Of a DNA stretch of 32,000 nt, positions 1 through 9,480 are shown piece after piece. The notes beneath the pieces were generated by a model. The model ran no database searches. It saw only the letters and a list, made by a program, of their open reading frames with translations, and was not told the origin of the DNA. The DNA comes from Bacillus subtilis subsp. subtilis str. 168. GTDB taxonomy: Bacteria > Bacillota > Bacilli > Bacillales > Bacillaceae. The translations under genes and the position numbers were made by a program. Numbering within the stretch: position 1 is the stretch's first letter; every line of letters starts with the position of its first letter. The stretch is from assembly GCF_000009045.1 (NCBI RefSeq), contig NC_000964.3:1920001-1952000 (forward strand), written 5' to 3'.

Positions 1-1
1 C

Positions 2-1864
2 GTAAGTCCGGCAAACCCTGGCTGGTTTAACCGTGACCGTTTTGTTTTATCTGCTGGACACGGGTCAGCACTATTATACAGCATGCTTCATTTAAGCGGG
101 TTTGATCTTAGTATTGAAGATCTTAAGGGATTCCGCCAGTGGGGCAGCAAAACACCAGGACATCCGGAATTCGGACATACTGCCGGTGTTGATGCTACAA
201 CAGGTCCGCTTGGCCAAGGAATTGCCATGGCAGTCGGTATGGCAATTGCTGAACGCCATTTAGCGGAAACATACAACCGCGATTCATTTAACGTAGTCGA
301 TCATTATACATACAGTATTTGCGGTGATGGTGATTTAATGGAAGGTATTTCTTCTGAAGCCGCTTCACTCGCAGGCCATCTTCAGCTTGGCCGTCTGATC
401 GTACTATACGATTCTAATGACATCTCTCTTGATGGAGACCTCGACCGTTCATTCTCTGAAAACGTGAAACAGCGTTTTGAAGCAATGAATTGGGAAGTTC
501 TTTATGTTGAGGATGGAAACAATATTGAAGAATTAACAGCGGCTATCGAAAAAGCACGCCAAAATGAAAAGAAACCTACATTAATTGAAGTGAAAACGAC
601 AATCGGATTCGGTTCACCTAACCGTGCCGGTACATCCGGTGTTCACGGTGCGCCGCTTGGTAAAGAAGAAAGCAAATTAACAAAAGAAGCTTACGCGTGG
701 ACATATGAAGAAGACTTCTACGTTCCGTCAGAAGTTTATGAGCATTTCGCTGTAGCTGTTAAAGAATCAGGTGAGAAAAAAGAACAAGAATGGAATGCTC
801 AATTCGCTAAATATAAAGAAGTTTATCCTGAACTTGCTGAACAGCTTGAACTGGCAATCAAAGGAGAGCTTCCGAAGGACTGGGATCAAGAGGTTCCTGT
901 GTATGAAAAAGGAAGCAGTTTGGCATCCCGTGCATCTTCCGGTGAAGTTCTCAACGGACTTGCGAAAAAAATTCCTTTCTTTGTCGGAGGTTCTGCTGAC
1001 CTAGCGGGATCGAACAAAACGACTATTAAAAATGCCGGTGATTTTACAGCGGTTGATTACTCAGGCAAAAACTTCTGGTTTGGTGTACGTGAATTTGCGA
1101 TGGGTGCGGCCTTAAACGGTATGGCGCTTCATGGCGGTCTTCGTGTATTCGGCGGAACTTTCTTTGTCTTCTCTGATTACCTGCGTCCTGCGATTCGCCT
1201 TGCAGCGTTAATGGGCCTTCCTGTGACATATGTCTTCACACATGACAGTATTGCGGTTGGTGAAGACGGTCCGACGCACGAGCCTGTTGAACAGCTTGCT
1301 TCACTCCGTGCGATGCCTAACCTTTCTTTGATCCGTCCAGCAGACGGCAATGAGACAGCAGCAGCATGGAAGCTTGCAGTGCAAAGCACTGACCACCCAA
1401 CAGCGCTAGTGCTTACACGTCAAAACCTTCCTACCATCGATCAAACATCTGAAGAAGCATTGGCAGGAGTAGAAAAAGGTGCATATGTCGTTTCTAAATC
1501 TAAAAACGAAACACCTGACGCTCTTCTCATCGCTTCCGGATCAGAGGTAGGTCTTGCAATTGAAGCGCAGGCTGAATTGGCAAAAGAAAATATCGATGTT
1601 TCTGTTGTCAGCATGCCTTCAATGGACCGTTTTGAGAAACAATCTGATGAATACAAAAACGAAGTCCTTCCTGCAGATGTGAAAAAACGTCTTGCAATTG
1701 AAATGGGCTCATCATTTGGATGGGGCAAATACACGGGGCTTGAAGGTGACGTTCTCGGCATAGACCGATTCGGTGCATCTGCTCCTGGTGAAACCATCAT
1801 TAACGAATACGGCTTCTCAGTTCCGAACGTAGTGAATCGAGTTAAGGCATTAATCAATAAGTAA
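2..1864 (+). CDS. tkt: Transketolase, 5' end truncated by the window edge
   Basis: The frame is open from nt 2 ([34 protein letters not shown]...), so the track Met at 83 is internal. Contains the TPP-binding GDGDLMEG motif and the [16 protein letters not shown] motif typical of transketolases. A hairpin terminator follows. Confidence 0.97.
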   Translation, partial: VSPANPGWFNRDRFVLSAGHGSALLYSMLHLSGFDLSIEDLKGFRQWGSKTPGHPEFGHTAGVDATTGPLGQGIAMAVGMAIAERHLAETYNRDSFNVVDHYTYSICGDGDLMEGISSEAASLAGHLQLGRLIVLYDSNDISLDGDLDRSFSENVKQRFEAMNWEVLYVEDGNNIEELTAAIEKARQNEKKPTLIEVKTTIGFGSPNRAGTSGVHGAPLGKEESKLTKEAYAWTYEEDFYVPSEVYEHFAVAVKESGEKKEQEWNAQFAKYKEVYPELAEQLELAIKGELPKDWDQEVPVYEKGSSLASRASSGEVLNGLAKKIPFFVGGSADLAGSNKTTIKNAGDFTAVDYSGKNFWFGVREFAMGAALNGMALHGGLRVFGGTFFVFSDYLRPAIRLAALMGLPVTYVFTHDSIAVGEDGPTHEPVEQLASLRAMPNLSLIRPADGNETAAAWKLAVQSTDHPTALVLTRQNLPTIDQTSEEALAGVEKGAYVVSKSKNETPDALLIASGSEVGLAIEAQAELAKENIDVSVVSMPSMDRFEKQSDEYKNEVLPADVKKRLAIEMGSSFGWGKYTGLEGDVLGIDRFGASAPGETIINEYGFSVPNVVNRVKALINK

Positions 1865-1871
1865 GCTTTTG

Positions 1872-1905
1872 AAAGAGGATGAGTCAAATCATCCTCTTTT
1901 TCTTG
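1872..1905 (+). terminator. Intrinsic terminator of tkt
   Basis: AAAGAGGATGA-gtcaaa-TCATCCTCTTT stem followed by a T-rich tract, 8 nt after the tkt stop. Confidence 0.8.
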
Positions 1906-1909
1906 TTTA

Positions 1910-1976
1910 TCCGACAAAAATAGTATTGGCTGTTTAACAGTAATAGACAATTCTTTCTTTTCTTCTTTTGTATAAT
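1910..1976 (+). promoter_or_regulatory. Candidate sirA promoter: TATAAT -10 with no good -35, plus two reversed Spo0A-box-like motifs
   Basis: TATAAT at 1971-1976. No TTGACA-like hexamer lies 17 nt upstream. TCCGACA (1910-1916) and TAGACA (1944-1949) resemble the reverse of the 0A box TGNCGAA. This fits the established Spo0A~P activation of sirA, but the exact sites are my reading only. Confidence 0.35.
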
Positions 1977-2016
1977 AGAGAGCAAATGAAATGCTGCTGG
2001 AAAAGGGGATGAAAAG

Positions 2017-2463
2017 ATGGAACGTCACTACTATACGTACCTGATCAAAGAGGAATTTGCCAATCACTATTTCGGCCGGGAATCGGTTATGTTTGAGCTG
2101 TTTCAAGACTATCATTGGACAAGCCTTGAAAAGCAGCAGTATGAAATGACAGAGAAACAGATTCAATATATTACACAACCAATCCCGATTTTACATATGC
2201 ATCAGCGGTTAAAAATGAATTTAAACAAGACGGATTACAGGCAGCTGGATTATATTTATAGAATAGCTTTGCCGAAAGCAAAAGGCCACGCGACGTTTAT
2301 GATGAAGGAGCACATGATAGAAATTGTGGCTTCGGGAGATTACGAGGCAGAAACGATATTCTTTGAAGTGTTAAGAAAAGTAAGCCCTTGCTTTTTAGCA
2401 ATGGATTTCAATTCGAAGCGTTACGGATGGCTAAATCCGGTGAAAGAAAGAAATTTTGTCTAA
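2017..2463 (+). CDS. sirA: Sporulation inhibitor of replication SirA (YneE), DnaA-binding
   Basis: 148-aa ORF MERHYYTYLIKEEFANHYFG... recognised as B. subtilis SirA/YneE. SD GAAAAGGGGATGA lies upstream of the ATG. Position immediately after tkt matches the known gene order. Confidence 0.93.
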   Translation: MERHYYTYLIKEEFANHYFGRESVMFELFQDYHWTSLEKQQYEMTEKQIQYITQPIPILHMHQRLKMNLNKTDYRQLDYIYRIALPKAKGHATFMMKEHMIEIVASGDYEAETIFFEVLRKVSPCFLAMDFNSKRYGWLNPVKERNFV

Positions 2464-2548
2464 AACCGAAGAAAAAGAGATGTAAATGTTGTATAATAGC
2501 TTTTGGTTTAGTACACTTTAAACTAGACAACATGAAGGAGGAAATAAA

Positions 2549-2767
2549 ATGACTTTATGGGTTGGCATCCTAGTGGGCGTTGTTGCATTGCTCATAGGTG
2601 TTGCACTCGGGTTTTTTATTGCTCGTAAATATATGATGAGCTACCTGAAAAAGAATCCGCCTATTAATGAACAAATGTTACGCATGATGATGATGCAAAT
2701 GGGAATGAAACCTTCTCAAAAGAAAATCAATCAAATGATGAAAGCCATGAATAATCAAACGAAATAA
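2549..2767 (+). CDS. yneF: Small membrane protein YneF (UPF0154 family)
   Basis: 72 aa with one N-terminal TM helix ([23 protein letters not shown]) followed by a Met/Lys-rich tail. Strong SD AAGGAGG lies 8 nt upstream of the ATG. Confidence 0.9.
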   Translation: MTLWVGILVGVVALLIGVALGFFIARKYMMSYLKKNPPINEQMLRMMMMQMGMKPSQKKINQMMKAMNNQTK

Positions 2768-2805
2768 TACGTAAAGATTATGATATAGAGAAACATGGTT
2801 ATAAA

Positions 2806-2836
2806 ATAAAAAACCCTTATACGGGTTTTTTATTTT
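2806..2836. terminator. Bidirectional terminator between convergent yneF and ynzD
   Basis: AAAAACCC-ttatac-GGGTTTTT with A-tract and T-tract on either side. It sits between the two stop codons. Confidence 0.8.
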
Positions 2837-2840
2837 GCAA

Positions 2841-3014
2841 TCATTCATCACCCGCTACTGCTCGAAGGCGCTGCTTTTGATATTGTATGAGAAGATGGTC
2901 AAGCTCCTGACTGAGCTCTATCGTAATATGAGATGTCATTCCGTTCGCCATGACAATTTGCAGCAGCTCTGCTCTTTTTTTTTCAATTTCTTTTAATAGA
3001 TGCTCTCTAATCAC
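2841..3014 (-). CDS. ynzD: Spo0E-family aspartyl-phosphate phosphatase YnzD
   Basis: Spo0E-like helical protein (..LLKEIEKKRAELLQIVMANGMTSHITIELSQELDHLLIQYQ..). The track ATG at 3032 has no SD. The GTG at 3014 lies 9 nt after AAAGGA and gives the 57-aa protein I recall for YnzD. Confidence 0.82.
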   Translation of the reverse strand: MIREHLLKEIEKKRAELLQIVMANGMTSHITIELSQELDHLLIQYQKQRLRAVAGDE

Positions 3015-3233
3015 AGGGATGTATCCTTTCATACATTAGATCTTCAAAGTGAATGTTTATATTATATCCATATTTATACTAATTTTCAAATGAGAAGGAG
3101 TATAATGTCTCAATGTCAAATTAAATTATATAAGTTTTTTCTGAAAATAGAAATCCTTCAAGTGAAAGTGTTAAAAAAATGAAATGATTTTGTCATAACT
3201 TGAAGGAATGTCAAATCATGAAGGGATGATGAC

Positions 3234-3941
3234 ATGGGAGACGTGAATTATTTTTTGACATTCGGAGCGGGGTTTTTATCCTTTATTTCGCCTTGCTGCC
3301 TGCCGCTTTACCCAGCTTTTTTGTCATATATTACAGGGGTCAGCATGGACGATGTAAAAACTGAAAAGCTGCTGCTGCAGAAAAGAAGCTTGTTTCATAC
3401 TTTGTGTTTTTTGCTTGGCTTTTCAGTCATTTTTATTGCTTTAGGCTATGGAACATCTTTTATTGGCAGCCTGTTTAGGGATTATCACGATGCGATTCGG
3501 CAAATTGGCGCGTTGCTTATTATTTTGTTCGGTTTCATTACACTCGGTGTGTTCCGGCCTGAGGCTATGATGAAAGAGCGGAGAATCCATTTTAAGCATA
3601 AACCAAGCGGGTTTTTAGGGTCGGTCTTAATCGGAATGGCATTTGCAGCTGGATGGACACCATGTACCGGTCCGATATTAGCTGCTGTTATCACACTTGC
3701 AGGCACCAATCCGGGCTCAGCGGTGCCATACATGATGTTATATGTACTCGGTTTTGCGGTACCGTTTCTTTTATTGTCTTTTTTTATCACAAAGCTGAAG
3801 TGGATAAGGAAGAACCAGCTTTTCATTATGAAAGCTGGTGGCGTTTTGATGATTGTGATTGGTGTGCTGTTATTCTTTAATTGGATGAGCCTGATCATTA
3901 TTTTGCTGTCAGATCTTTTTGGAGGCTTTACTGGTTTTTGA
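3234..3941 (+). CDS. ccdA: Cytochrome c biogenesis thiol-disulfide transporter CcdA (DsbD-beta family)
   Basis: 235-aa polytopic membrane protein. The two conserved Cys lie in the [11 protein letters not shown] and [10 protein letters not shown] motifs characteristic of CcdA/DsbD. SD AAGGGA lies 7 nt upstream. Confidence 0.95.
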
Positions 3942-4029
3942 CGGTAAATTACTTTCGTACTACTACTAATCCTTTTGTTTTTGGTACAATAAGACTATTA
4001 TCTGTGGAAATCGATTGTTGGAGGGGAAT

Positions 4030-4392
4030 ATGACAAGAGTTTTAGTTGTAGACGACGCCAAGTTCATGAGAGTGAAAATCAGAGAGATCTTGGAAGAGGC
4101 AAATTACATAATCGCAGGCGAAGCGGCGGACGGTGAACAAGCAGCTGACCTGTATAAAAAACTGCGCCCGGACCTTGTGACAATGGATATTACAATGCCG
4201 GTGAAAAACGGCATAAAAGCGCTTCGTGATATCTTAACCTTTGATCCTAAAGCGAAGGTCATCATGTGCACCGCCATGCGCCAGCAAAGAATTGTAACGG
4301 AAGCAATTGAGCTGGGGGCAAAGGATTTTATTGTTAAGCCGTTTGAGGAAACAAAAGTGCTGGAAGCTGTAAGCCGCGTTATGGGACATTAA
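4030..4392 (+). CDS. ccdB: Single-domain CheY-like response-regulator receiver (CcdB/YneI)
   Basis: 120 aa starting MTRVLVVDDAKFMR. Receiver signature residues are present: DD at 8-9, the phospho-acceptor Asp in VTMDITMP, Thr in MCTAM and Lys in IVKPF. The SD GGAGGGG at 4019-4025 fits the ATG at 4030 rather than the track TTG at 4015. Confidence 0.9.
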   Translation: MTRVLVVDDAKFMRVKIREILEEANYIIAGEAADGEQAADLYKKLRPDLVTMDITMPVKNGIKALRDILTFDPKAKVIMCTAMRQQRIVTEAIELGAKDFIVKPFEETKVLEAVSRVMGH

Positions 4393-4479
4393 AGTCATTT
4401 CTTTTCAAAATGGTTTTTTTTATTGTTTTGGAGTATAGTATATAGTATCAACACTCCGAGAAACAAAGGAATGATAAGT

Positions 4480-4962
4480 ATGATGATTATAGTTTCATCA
4501 ATTATTGCTGTGTTAATGGCTGTAGCTGTGATGGTGGTCAGAATAAAGTCCTCTGACAAGCCTGTTTCACCAAAAAAAATCATTCTTCCGCCGATTTTTA
4601 TGAGTACGGGAGCGTTAATGTTTTTATTTCCGGTATTTTGGGTAACTGGAGCAGAGTTTTTGGAAGCATTCACTTTAGGTGTGATTTTCTCTATTTTTCT
4701 AATCAAAACTTCTAAGTTCGAAATTAAAAATAATGAAATTTACATGAAACGCTCTAAAGCATTTGTTTTTATATTAGTCGGTCTTTTGGTGATCAGAATC
4801 GTGATGAAATCGATCTTGAGCACATCAATTGATTATGGTGCACTGAGCGGAATGTTTTGGATTCTGGCTTTCGGTATGATTGTGCCTTGGAGAATCGCCA
4901 TGTATTTATCATATCGAAAACTTCATAACGAGCTGCAGTCATCTAATATTCAAATGAATTAA
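4480..4962 (+). CDS. ccdC: Integral membrane protein CcdC (YneJ)
   Basis: Four or five hydrophobic helices. AAGGA at 4466-4470 is 9 nt from the ATG at 4480, giving 160 aa. The earlier in-frame starts at 4423 and 4471 have no usable SD spacing. Confidence 0.85.
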   Translation: MMIIVSSIIAVLMAVAVMVVRIKSSDKPVSPKKIILPPIFMSTGALMFLFPVFWVTGAEFLEAFTLGVIFSIFLIKTSKFEIKNNEIYMKRSKAFVFILVGLLVIRIVMKSILSTSIDYGALSGMFWILAFGMIVPWRIAMYLSYRKLHNELQSSNIQMN

Positions 4963-4996
4963 AAAACCTTTCCTCTTGTCAGGAAAGGTTTTTTAT
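4961..4996. terminator. Bidirectional terminator between convergent ccdC and yneK
   Basis: AAAAAACCTTTCCT-cttgtc-AGGAAAGGTTTTTT. This perfect 14-bp stem includes the flanking A and T runs, and it overlaps the yneK stop codon. Confidence 0.88.
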
Positions 4997-5424
4997 TTGA
5001 GAAGGGTCTGATAAGGTTCCAAATCGATTTTTTTGTCCCGCAGATGCCTTTTTAAGAAGGTATGGTCTCTTTTAGGAGTTGCGAGAATATAGCCTTTGAT
5101 CATAAGTTGCTGATCAATCTTTGCTACCTTTTCTTTTAATGCAAGCTCACCGATTTTGCCTGCGATTTTAGCTTTTGCTGCATCTCTGAACAGCTCTGGC
5201 ACGGGCGCAGTCAATTCATCTAGAAACTGTTTGTTTTCATCGTTCCATAAATGTCTGCTGTTTTCAATATAGTAATCCTGCCAATCAAGCTCTGATCTGC
5301 CGTCCTCTTTTGGTAAACGCTTTAAAAACTTTCGAAACATGAAAAAACCGCCGATTGATAATAAGACTACCATCATGATTACCCAAAACAGAATAAACCA
5401 TAAAAACCATCCTTCCAGCATCAA
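4993..5424 (-). CDS. yneK: Membrane-anchored protein of unknown function YneK
   Basis: 143 aa with an N-terminal TM segment (WFLWFILFWVIMMVVLLSIGGFFMF) and then a charged soluble domain. SD GGGGGAA lies upstream of the ATG. Confidence 0.85.
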   Translation of the reverse strand: MMLEGWFLWFILFWVIMMVVLLSIGGFFMFRKFLKRLPKEDGRSELDWQDYYIENSRHLWNDENKQFLDELTAPVPELFRDAAKAKIAGKIGELALKEKVAKIDQQLMIKGYILATPKRDHTFLKRHLRDKKIDLEPYQTLLK

Positions 5425-5607
5425 TCATTCCCCCTTATTCTAACCATATTGTATACGAAGAGAGATTAGAAGAACACAGTAAAAAAAGAATAGAAAAAAG
5501 TGATAGACGTCTAGTCAAAAGAGATAGTAGATCATATTCTATTGTATAGTGAATCTGCTATTTGGCCATGGGAGAGTCACTAGAGGGTATTTGACGATAA
5601 ATGGACG

Positions 5608-5650
5608 GAAAAAAAGTCACTTTCATAATAGGGGATGAAAGTGACTTTTT
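5608..5650 (-). terminator. Intrinsic terminator of cotM
   Basis: On the minus strand: AAAAAGTCACTTTCAT-cccctatt-ATGAAAGTGACTTTTT followed by T-rich sequence, directly after the cotM stop at 5655. Confidence 0.82.
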
Positions 5651-5654
5651 ATGT

Positions 5655-6047
5655 TTAGCTGAGAGGAAATTGAAGAGAAAAAGAAGAGCCATCTTCTGTT
5701 TCTTTATTGACGGCGACTGTGAGTATTTGATTTTCGCATTCGACTTGAATGTTTTTGTCATTAAAATAAAAAGGAAGCATCATTTGTTTTTCAAAAGTCT
5801 GTCCTGACGATTTGACAGTTAAGATGAACTCGCATCCAGAAAGGGTAACTGTTACTTGTGTAGGCTGTAAAAAAGTCAGATCCGCTTCTATAATATACTG
5901 CTGACTTGTTTCATATAAATCAATAGGCAATGTTTCGTCGTACCAGGCGAAGGGGTCTTCAAAAAATTGCCGAAGCCATTCATCCATACTATCGAAATCA
6001 TTCGCATCGTTGCGTTTTGAATGGTTCATGGAAGCATTCCTCCACAT
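5655..6047 (-). CDS. cotM: Spore coat protein CotM (alpha-crystallin / small heat-shock protein family)
   Basis: 130-aa ORF recognised as CotM. The C-terminal part (YIIEADLTFLQPTQVTVTLSGCEFILTV...QILTVAVNK) has the alpha-crystallin beta-sandwich pattern. Confidence 0.92.
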   Translation of the reverse strand: MWRNASMNHSKRNDANDFDSMDEWLRQFFEDPFAWYDETLPIDLYETSQQYIIEADLTFLQPTQVTVTLSGCEFILTVKSSGQTFEKQMMLPFYFNDKNIQVECENQILTVAVNKETEDGSSFSLQFPLS

Positions 6048-6062
6048 ATCAACCTTGCTTTA

Positions 6063-6094
6063 CATCATATGCGGTGGATTATAAATGGGTGAAC
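6063..6094 (-). promoter_or_regulatory. Candidate sigma-K-type promoter of cotM
   Basis: On the minus strand: AC (6090-6089), a 17-nt spacer, then CATATGATG (6071-6063). This resembles the sigma-K pattern AC-N17-CATA---TA. CotM is established as a late mother-cell gene. The hexamer assignment is my own. Confidence 0.4.
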
Positions 6095-6097
6095 GCA

Positions 6098-6123
6098 TAA
6101 AAAAACAGACACTAAGGTCTGCT
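6098..6123 (-). terminator. Weak intrinsic terminator after sspP
   Basis: On the minus strand: GCAGAC-cttagt-GTCTGT followed by TTTTTTTAT. The stem is short (5-6 bp). Confidence 0.5.
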
Positions 6124-6127
6124 TTTC

Positions 6128-6274
6128 TTACATATCATGGCTTGAGTTGTGCTTTTGTCTTGTATGGTTTCGGTTTTTTACTTTTTTGCTTCCGCTTAGA
6201 GGCTCGGGTTGGCCGGGATTGTGTCCTTTAGGGGCGTTTTTATGCATATCTTTACTTGTATTCTTATTGGTCAT
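6128..6274 (-). CDS. sspP: Minor small acid-soluble spore protein SspP (48 aa)
   Basis: Hand translation of the minus strand gives [57 protein letters not shown] lies 9 nt upstream. It is below the ORF-track length cutoff. Confidence 0.9.
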   Translation of the reverse strand: MTNKNTSKDMHKNAPKGHNPGQPEPLSGSKKVKNRNHTRQKHNSSHDM

Positions 6275-6305
6275 AAAATGAGAACCTCCTTAAAAGAGTT
6301 CGGTG

Positions 6306-6452
6306 TTATTGATTGGTTTTTCTTTTTTTGTTATTTTGGCGTTCTGCTTCAGTCAGTACAAGCTGGTCGTTTTCAATATAGCCGGCGCCTTTGCCTTGGC
6401 TTTTTGCGTCATTCATTCCGTTAATGACGTGATTCGCTTTTCTTTTGACCAT
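6306..6452 (-). CDS. sspO: Minor small acid-soluble spore protein SspO (48 aa)
   Basis: Hand translation of the minus strand gives [56 protein letters not shown] lies 6 nt upstream of the second ATG of an ATGATG pair. It lies 31 nt upstream of sspP on the same strand, so the two look like an operon. Confidence 0.9.
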   Translation of the reverse strand: MVKRKANHVINGMNDAKSQGKGAGYIENDQLVLTEAERQNNKKRKTNQ

Positions 6453-6538
6453 CATTATCACCTCAATCATAATATGGCTTCTTTTATTGTGTTATATGAG
6501 AGAGCGTAAACAGTAAAAATTACCGGTACATTTTTCTC

Positions 6539-6605
6539 ATAAGTCGAACTTATTGTATTTAATAAAAACATTGATATTTACTTATGTATGATTTTGTTTT
6601 AATAT
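6539..6605 (+). promoter_or_regulatory. citB promoter region with CcpC operator (full dyad plus half site) and -10 TAATAT
   Basis: ATAAgtcgaacTTAT dyad at 6539-6553, TTAT half site at 6582-6585 and TAATAT at 6600-6605. If transcription starts near 6612, the dyad spans -73 to -59 and the half site falls in -33 to -27. Those are the positions I recall for CcpC binding at citB. Confidence 0.6.
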
Positions 6606-6607
6606 GA

Positions 6608-6622
6608 AATTGTGAGAAAATT
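6608..6622 (+). promoter_or_regulatory. CodY-box-like motif overlapping the predicted citB transcription start
   Basis: AATTGTGAGAAAATT matches the CodY consensus AATTTTCWGAAAATT at 13 of 15 positions. It lies within an 11-bp-phased direct repeat of AAATTGTGA (6607-6615 and 6618-6626). CodY repression of citB is established. Confidence 0.5.
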
Positions 6623-6679
6623 GTGATGGAATGTAATGTTCATCTGAGAATGATCTGATCTGAAGGGGGATTTTGGAGA

Positions 6680-9409
6680 ATGGCAAACGAGCAAAAAACT
6701 GCAGCAAAAGACGTTTTCCAAGCGAGAAAAACGTTTACTACAAATGGGAAAACATATCATTACTACTCTTTAAAAGCGTTAGAAGATTCAGGTATAGGAA
6801 AGGTTTCGAAGCTTCCTTATTCCATCAAAGTTCTTTTAGAATCAGTATTGCGTCAAGTTGACGGCTTCGTTATCAAAAAAGAACACGTGGAAAATTTGGC
6901 AAAATGGGGAACTGCCGAATTAAAGGATATCGACGTTCCGTTCAAACCGTCTCGTGTTATTTTACAAGACTTCACAGGGGTTCCGGCAGTAGTAGATCTG
7001 GCTTCACTGCGTAAAGCAATGGCAGCTGTCGGCGGAGATCCTGATAAAATCAACCCTGAAATTCCTGTTGATCTCGTTATCGATCACTCTGTACAGGTAG
7101 ATAAAGCGGGTACAGAAGATGCATTAGCAGTAAATATGGACTTGGAATTCGAAAGAAATGCAGAGCGCTACAAATTTTTAAGCTGGGCAAAGAAAGCGTT
7201 TAACAATTATCAGGCAGTACCGCCTGCAACAGGTATTGTGCACCAGGTCAACCTTGAGTTCTTGGCAAGTGTTGTCCATGCCATTGAAGAAGACGGCGAG
7301 CTTGTAACGTATCCTGATACGCTTGTCGGAACAGACTCACACACAACAATGATTAACGGTATCGGTGTTCTCGGCTGGGGTGTCGGTGGAATTGAAGCTG
7401 AAGCGGGAATGCTTGGACAGCCTTCTTACTTCCCAGTTCCAGAGGTAATCGGCGCGAAACTTGTCGGCAAGCTTCCAAACGGAACAACAGCTACTGACTT
7501 GGCGTTAAAAGTAACACAAGTGCTGCGTGAAAAAGGCGTTGTCGGTAAATTTGTTGAATTCTTCGGACCGGGAATTGCTGAACTGCCGCTTGCAGATCGC
7601 GCAACAATTGCGAATATGGCTCCGGAATACGGTGCTACATGCGGATTCTTCCCAGTAGATGAAGAAGCGCTTAACTACCTGCGCCTGACTGGCCGTGATC
7701 CTGAACATATTGATGTTGTTGAAGCATACTGCAGAAGCAATGGCTTGTTCTACACTCCAGATGCGGAAGACCCTCAATTTACTGATGTGGTTGAAATTGA
7801 CCTGTCTCAAATTGAAGCAAACTTATCGGGTCCAAAGCGTCCTCAGGATTTGATCCCGCTATCTGCTATGCAGGAAACGTTTAAAAAGCAATTAGTCAGC
7901 CCTGCAGGTAACCAAGGATTCGGTTTAAATGCTGAGGAAGAAAATAAAGAAATTAAGTTTAAACTCCTTAACGGCGAAGAAACAGTTATGAAAACGGGTG
8001 CGATCGCCATTGCTGCGATTACAAGCTGTACAAATACATCAAACCCATACGTGCTGATCGGCGCCGGACTGGTAGCGAAAAAAGCGGTTGAGTTAGGGCT
8101 TAAGGTGCCTAATTACGTGAAAACGTCACTTGCACCGGGTTCTAAAGTTGTTACAGGATATCTTGTGAATTCAGGCCTTCTTCCATACATGAAAGAGCTT
8201 GGCTTTAACCTCGTTGGGTACGGCTGTACAACATGTATCGGGAACTCAGGTCCGCTTTCACCGGAAATCGAAGAAGCGGTTGCGAAAAATGATCTTCTGA
8301 TTACGTCTGTCCTTTCCGGAAACCGTAACTTTGAAGGACGTATTCACCCGCTTGTTAAAGGCAACTATCTTGCTTCACCGCCGCTTGTTGTGGCATATGC
8401 GCTGGCTGGAACGGTAAACATTAACTTAAAAACCGATCCAATCGGTGTGGGCAAGGATGGTCAAAACGTATACTTTAATGATATTTGGCCGTCAATGGAC
8501 GAAATCAATGCACTTGTTAAGCAAACTGTTACGCCAGAGCTATTCCGCAAAGAGTATGAAACAGTATTTGATGACAACAAGCGCTGGAACGAAATTGAAA
8601 CAACAGATGAAGCTTTATATAAATGGGATAACGATTCAACTTACATCCAAAACCCACCATTCTTTGAAGAGATGTCTGTTGAGCCAGGCAAGGTTGAGCC
8701 ATTAAAAGGACTGCGTGTTGTCGGTAAATTCGGCGATTCAGTCACAACTGACCATATTTCTCCTGCGGGGGCAATCGGAAAAGATACGCCTGCCGGAAAG
8801 TATTTGCAAGAAAAAGGTGTTTCACCTCGTGACTTTAACTCCTACGGCTCCCGCCGTGGAAACCATGAAGTCATGATGAGAGGAACATTTGCCAACATTC
8901 GCATCAAAAACCAAATCGCACCGGGTACAGAAGGCGGATTTACGACGTACTGGCCGACTGGTGAAGTAACATCCATCTATGATGCATGCATGAAATACAA
9001 AGAAGATAAAACCGGTCTTGTCGTATTAGCAGGAAAAGACTATGGTATGGGATCTTCACGTGACTGGGCTGCAAAAGGAACAAACCTTCTCGGCATCAGA
9101 ACGGTCATTGCAGAGAGCTTCGAAAGAATTCACAGAAGCAATCTTGTATTCATGGGTGTGCTGCCGCTTCAGTTTAAACAAGGTGAAAATGCGGATACAC
9201 TCGGCTTAACGGGTAAAGAAGTCATCGAGGTAGATGTTGATGAAACAGTTCGTCCTCGTGACCTTGTGACTGTAAGAGCAATCAATGAAGACGGCAATGT
9301 AACAACTTTTGAAGCAGTCGTCCGCTTTGATAGTGAAGTTGAAATTGATTACTACCGCCATGGCGGCATCCTTCAAATGGTGCTTCGTGAAAAAATGAAG
9401 CAGTCCTGA
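6680..9409 (+). CDS. citB: Aconitate hydratase (aconitase A / IRP-like, bifunctional RNA-binding enzyme)
   Basis: 909 aa. Contains the aconitase Fe-S ligand motifs ([10 protein letters not shown] and [12 protein letters not shown]) and a full four-domain length. Recognised as B. subtilis CitB. Confidence 0.98.
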   Translation: MANEQKTAAKDVFQARKTFTTNGKTYHYYSLKALEDSGIGKVSKLPYSIKVLLESVLRQVDGFVIKKEHVENLAKWGTAELKDIDVPFKPSRVILQDFTGVPAVVDLASLRKAMAAVGGDPDKINPEIPVDLVIDHSVQVDKAGTEDALAVNMDLEFERNAERYKFLSWAKKAFNNYQAVPPATGIVHQVNLEFLASVVHAIEEDGELVTYPDTLVGTDSHTTMINGIGVLGWGVGGIEAEAGMLGQPSYFPVPEVIGAKLVGKLPNGTTATDLALKVTQVLREKGVVGKFVEFFGPGIAELPLADRATIANMAPEYGATCGFFPVDEEALNYLRLTGRDPEHIDVVEAYCRSNGLFYTPDAEDPQFTDVVEIDLSQIEANLSGPKRPQDLIPLSAMQETFKKQLVSPAGNQGFGLNAEEENKEIKFKLLNGEETVMKTGAIAIAAITSCTNTSNPYVLIGAGLVAKKAVELGLKVPNYVKTSLAPGSKVVTGYLVNSGLLPYMKELGFNLVGYGCTTCIGNSGPLSPEIEEAVAKNDLLITSVLSGNRNFEGRIHPLVKGNYLASPPLVVAYALAGTVNINLKTDPIGVGKDGQNVYFNDIWPSMDEINALVKQTVTPELFRKEYETVFDDNKRWNEIETTDEALYKWDNDSTYIQNPPFFEEMSVEPGKVEPLKGLRVVGKFGDSVTTDHISPAGAIGKDTPAGKYLQEKGVSPRDFNSYGSRRGNHEVMMRGTFANIRIKNQIAPGTEGGFTTYWPTGEVTSIYDACMKYKEDKTGLVVLAGKDYGMGSSRDWAAKGTNLLGIRTVIAESFERIHRSNLVFMGVLPLQFKQGENADTLGLTGKEVIEVDVDETVRPRDLVTVRAINEDGNVTTFEAVVRFDSEVEIDYYRHGGILQMVLREKMKQS

Positions 9410-9418
9410 TGAATCAAT

Positions 9419-9452
9419 AGGAAGAGAAGGCATTTCGCTTTCTCTTCTTTTT
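9419..9452 (+). terminator. Intrinsic terminator of citB
   Basis: GAAGAGAAGG-catttcg-CTTTCTCTTC followed by TTTTTAT, 10 nt after the stop. Confidence 0.75.
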
Positions 9453-9480
9453 ATGACACAATGTGCTGCGGAGGTGGCAT

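Noticed and set aside
1441-2178. 245-aa minus-strand ORF spanning the tkt 3' end, the tkt terminator and the sirA start.
   Set aside because: It is antisense to two well-supported genes, crosses a terminator hairpin, has low-complexity hydrophobic or Ser-rich composition and has no SD.
3000-3182. 60-aa plus-strand ORF in the ynzD-ccdA divergent region.
   Set aside because: It overlaps the ynzD 5' end antisense, lies in AT-rich promoter sequence and has no SD.
4396-4457. Possible internal terminator and promoter between ccdB and ccdC: a CATTT...AAATG hairpin plus T-run, and TATAGT hexamers in a tandem ATAGTAT repeat.
   Set aside because: The stem is only 5 AT-rich bp, and none of the TATAGT hexamers has a -35 partner at 16-18 nt. 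It is noted under the ccdB finding but is too weak to call as a feature.
6209-6509. Two plus-strand track ORFs (71 and 68 aa) in the cotM-citB gap.
   Set aside because: They are the antisense shadows of the real minus-strand genes sspP and sspO. Those genes have strong SDs and recognisable SASP sequences.
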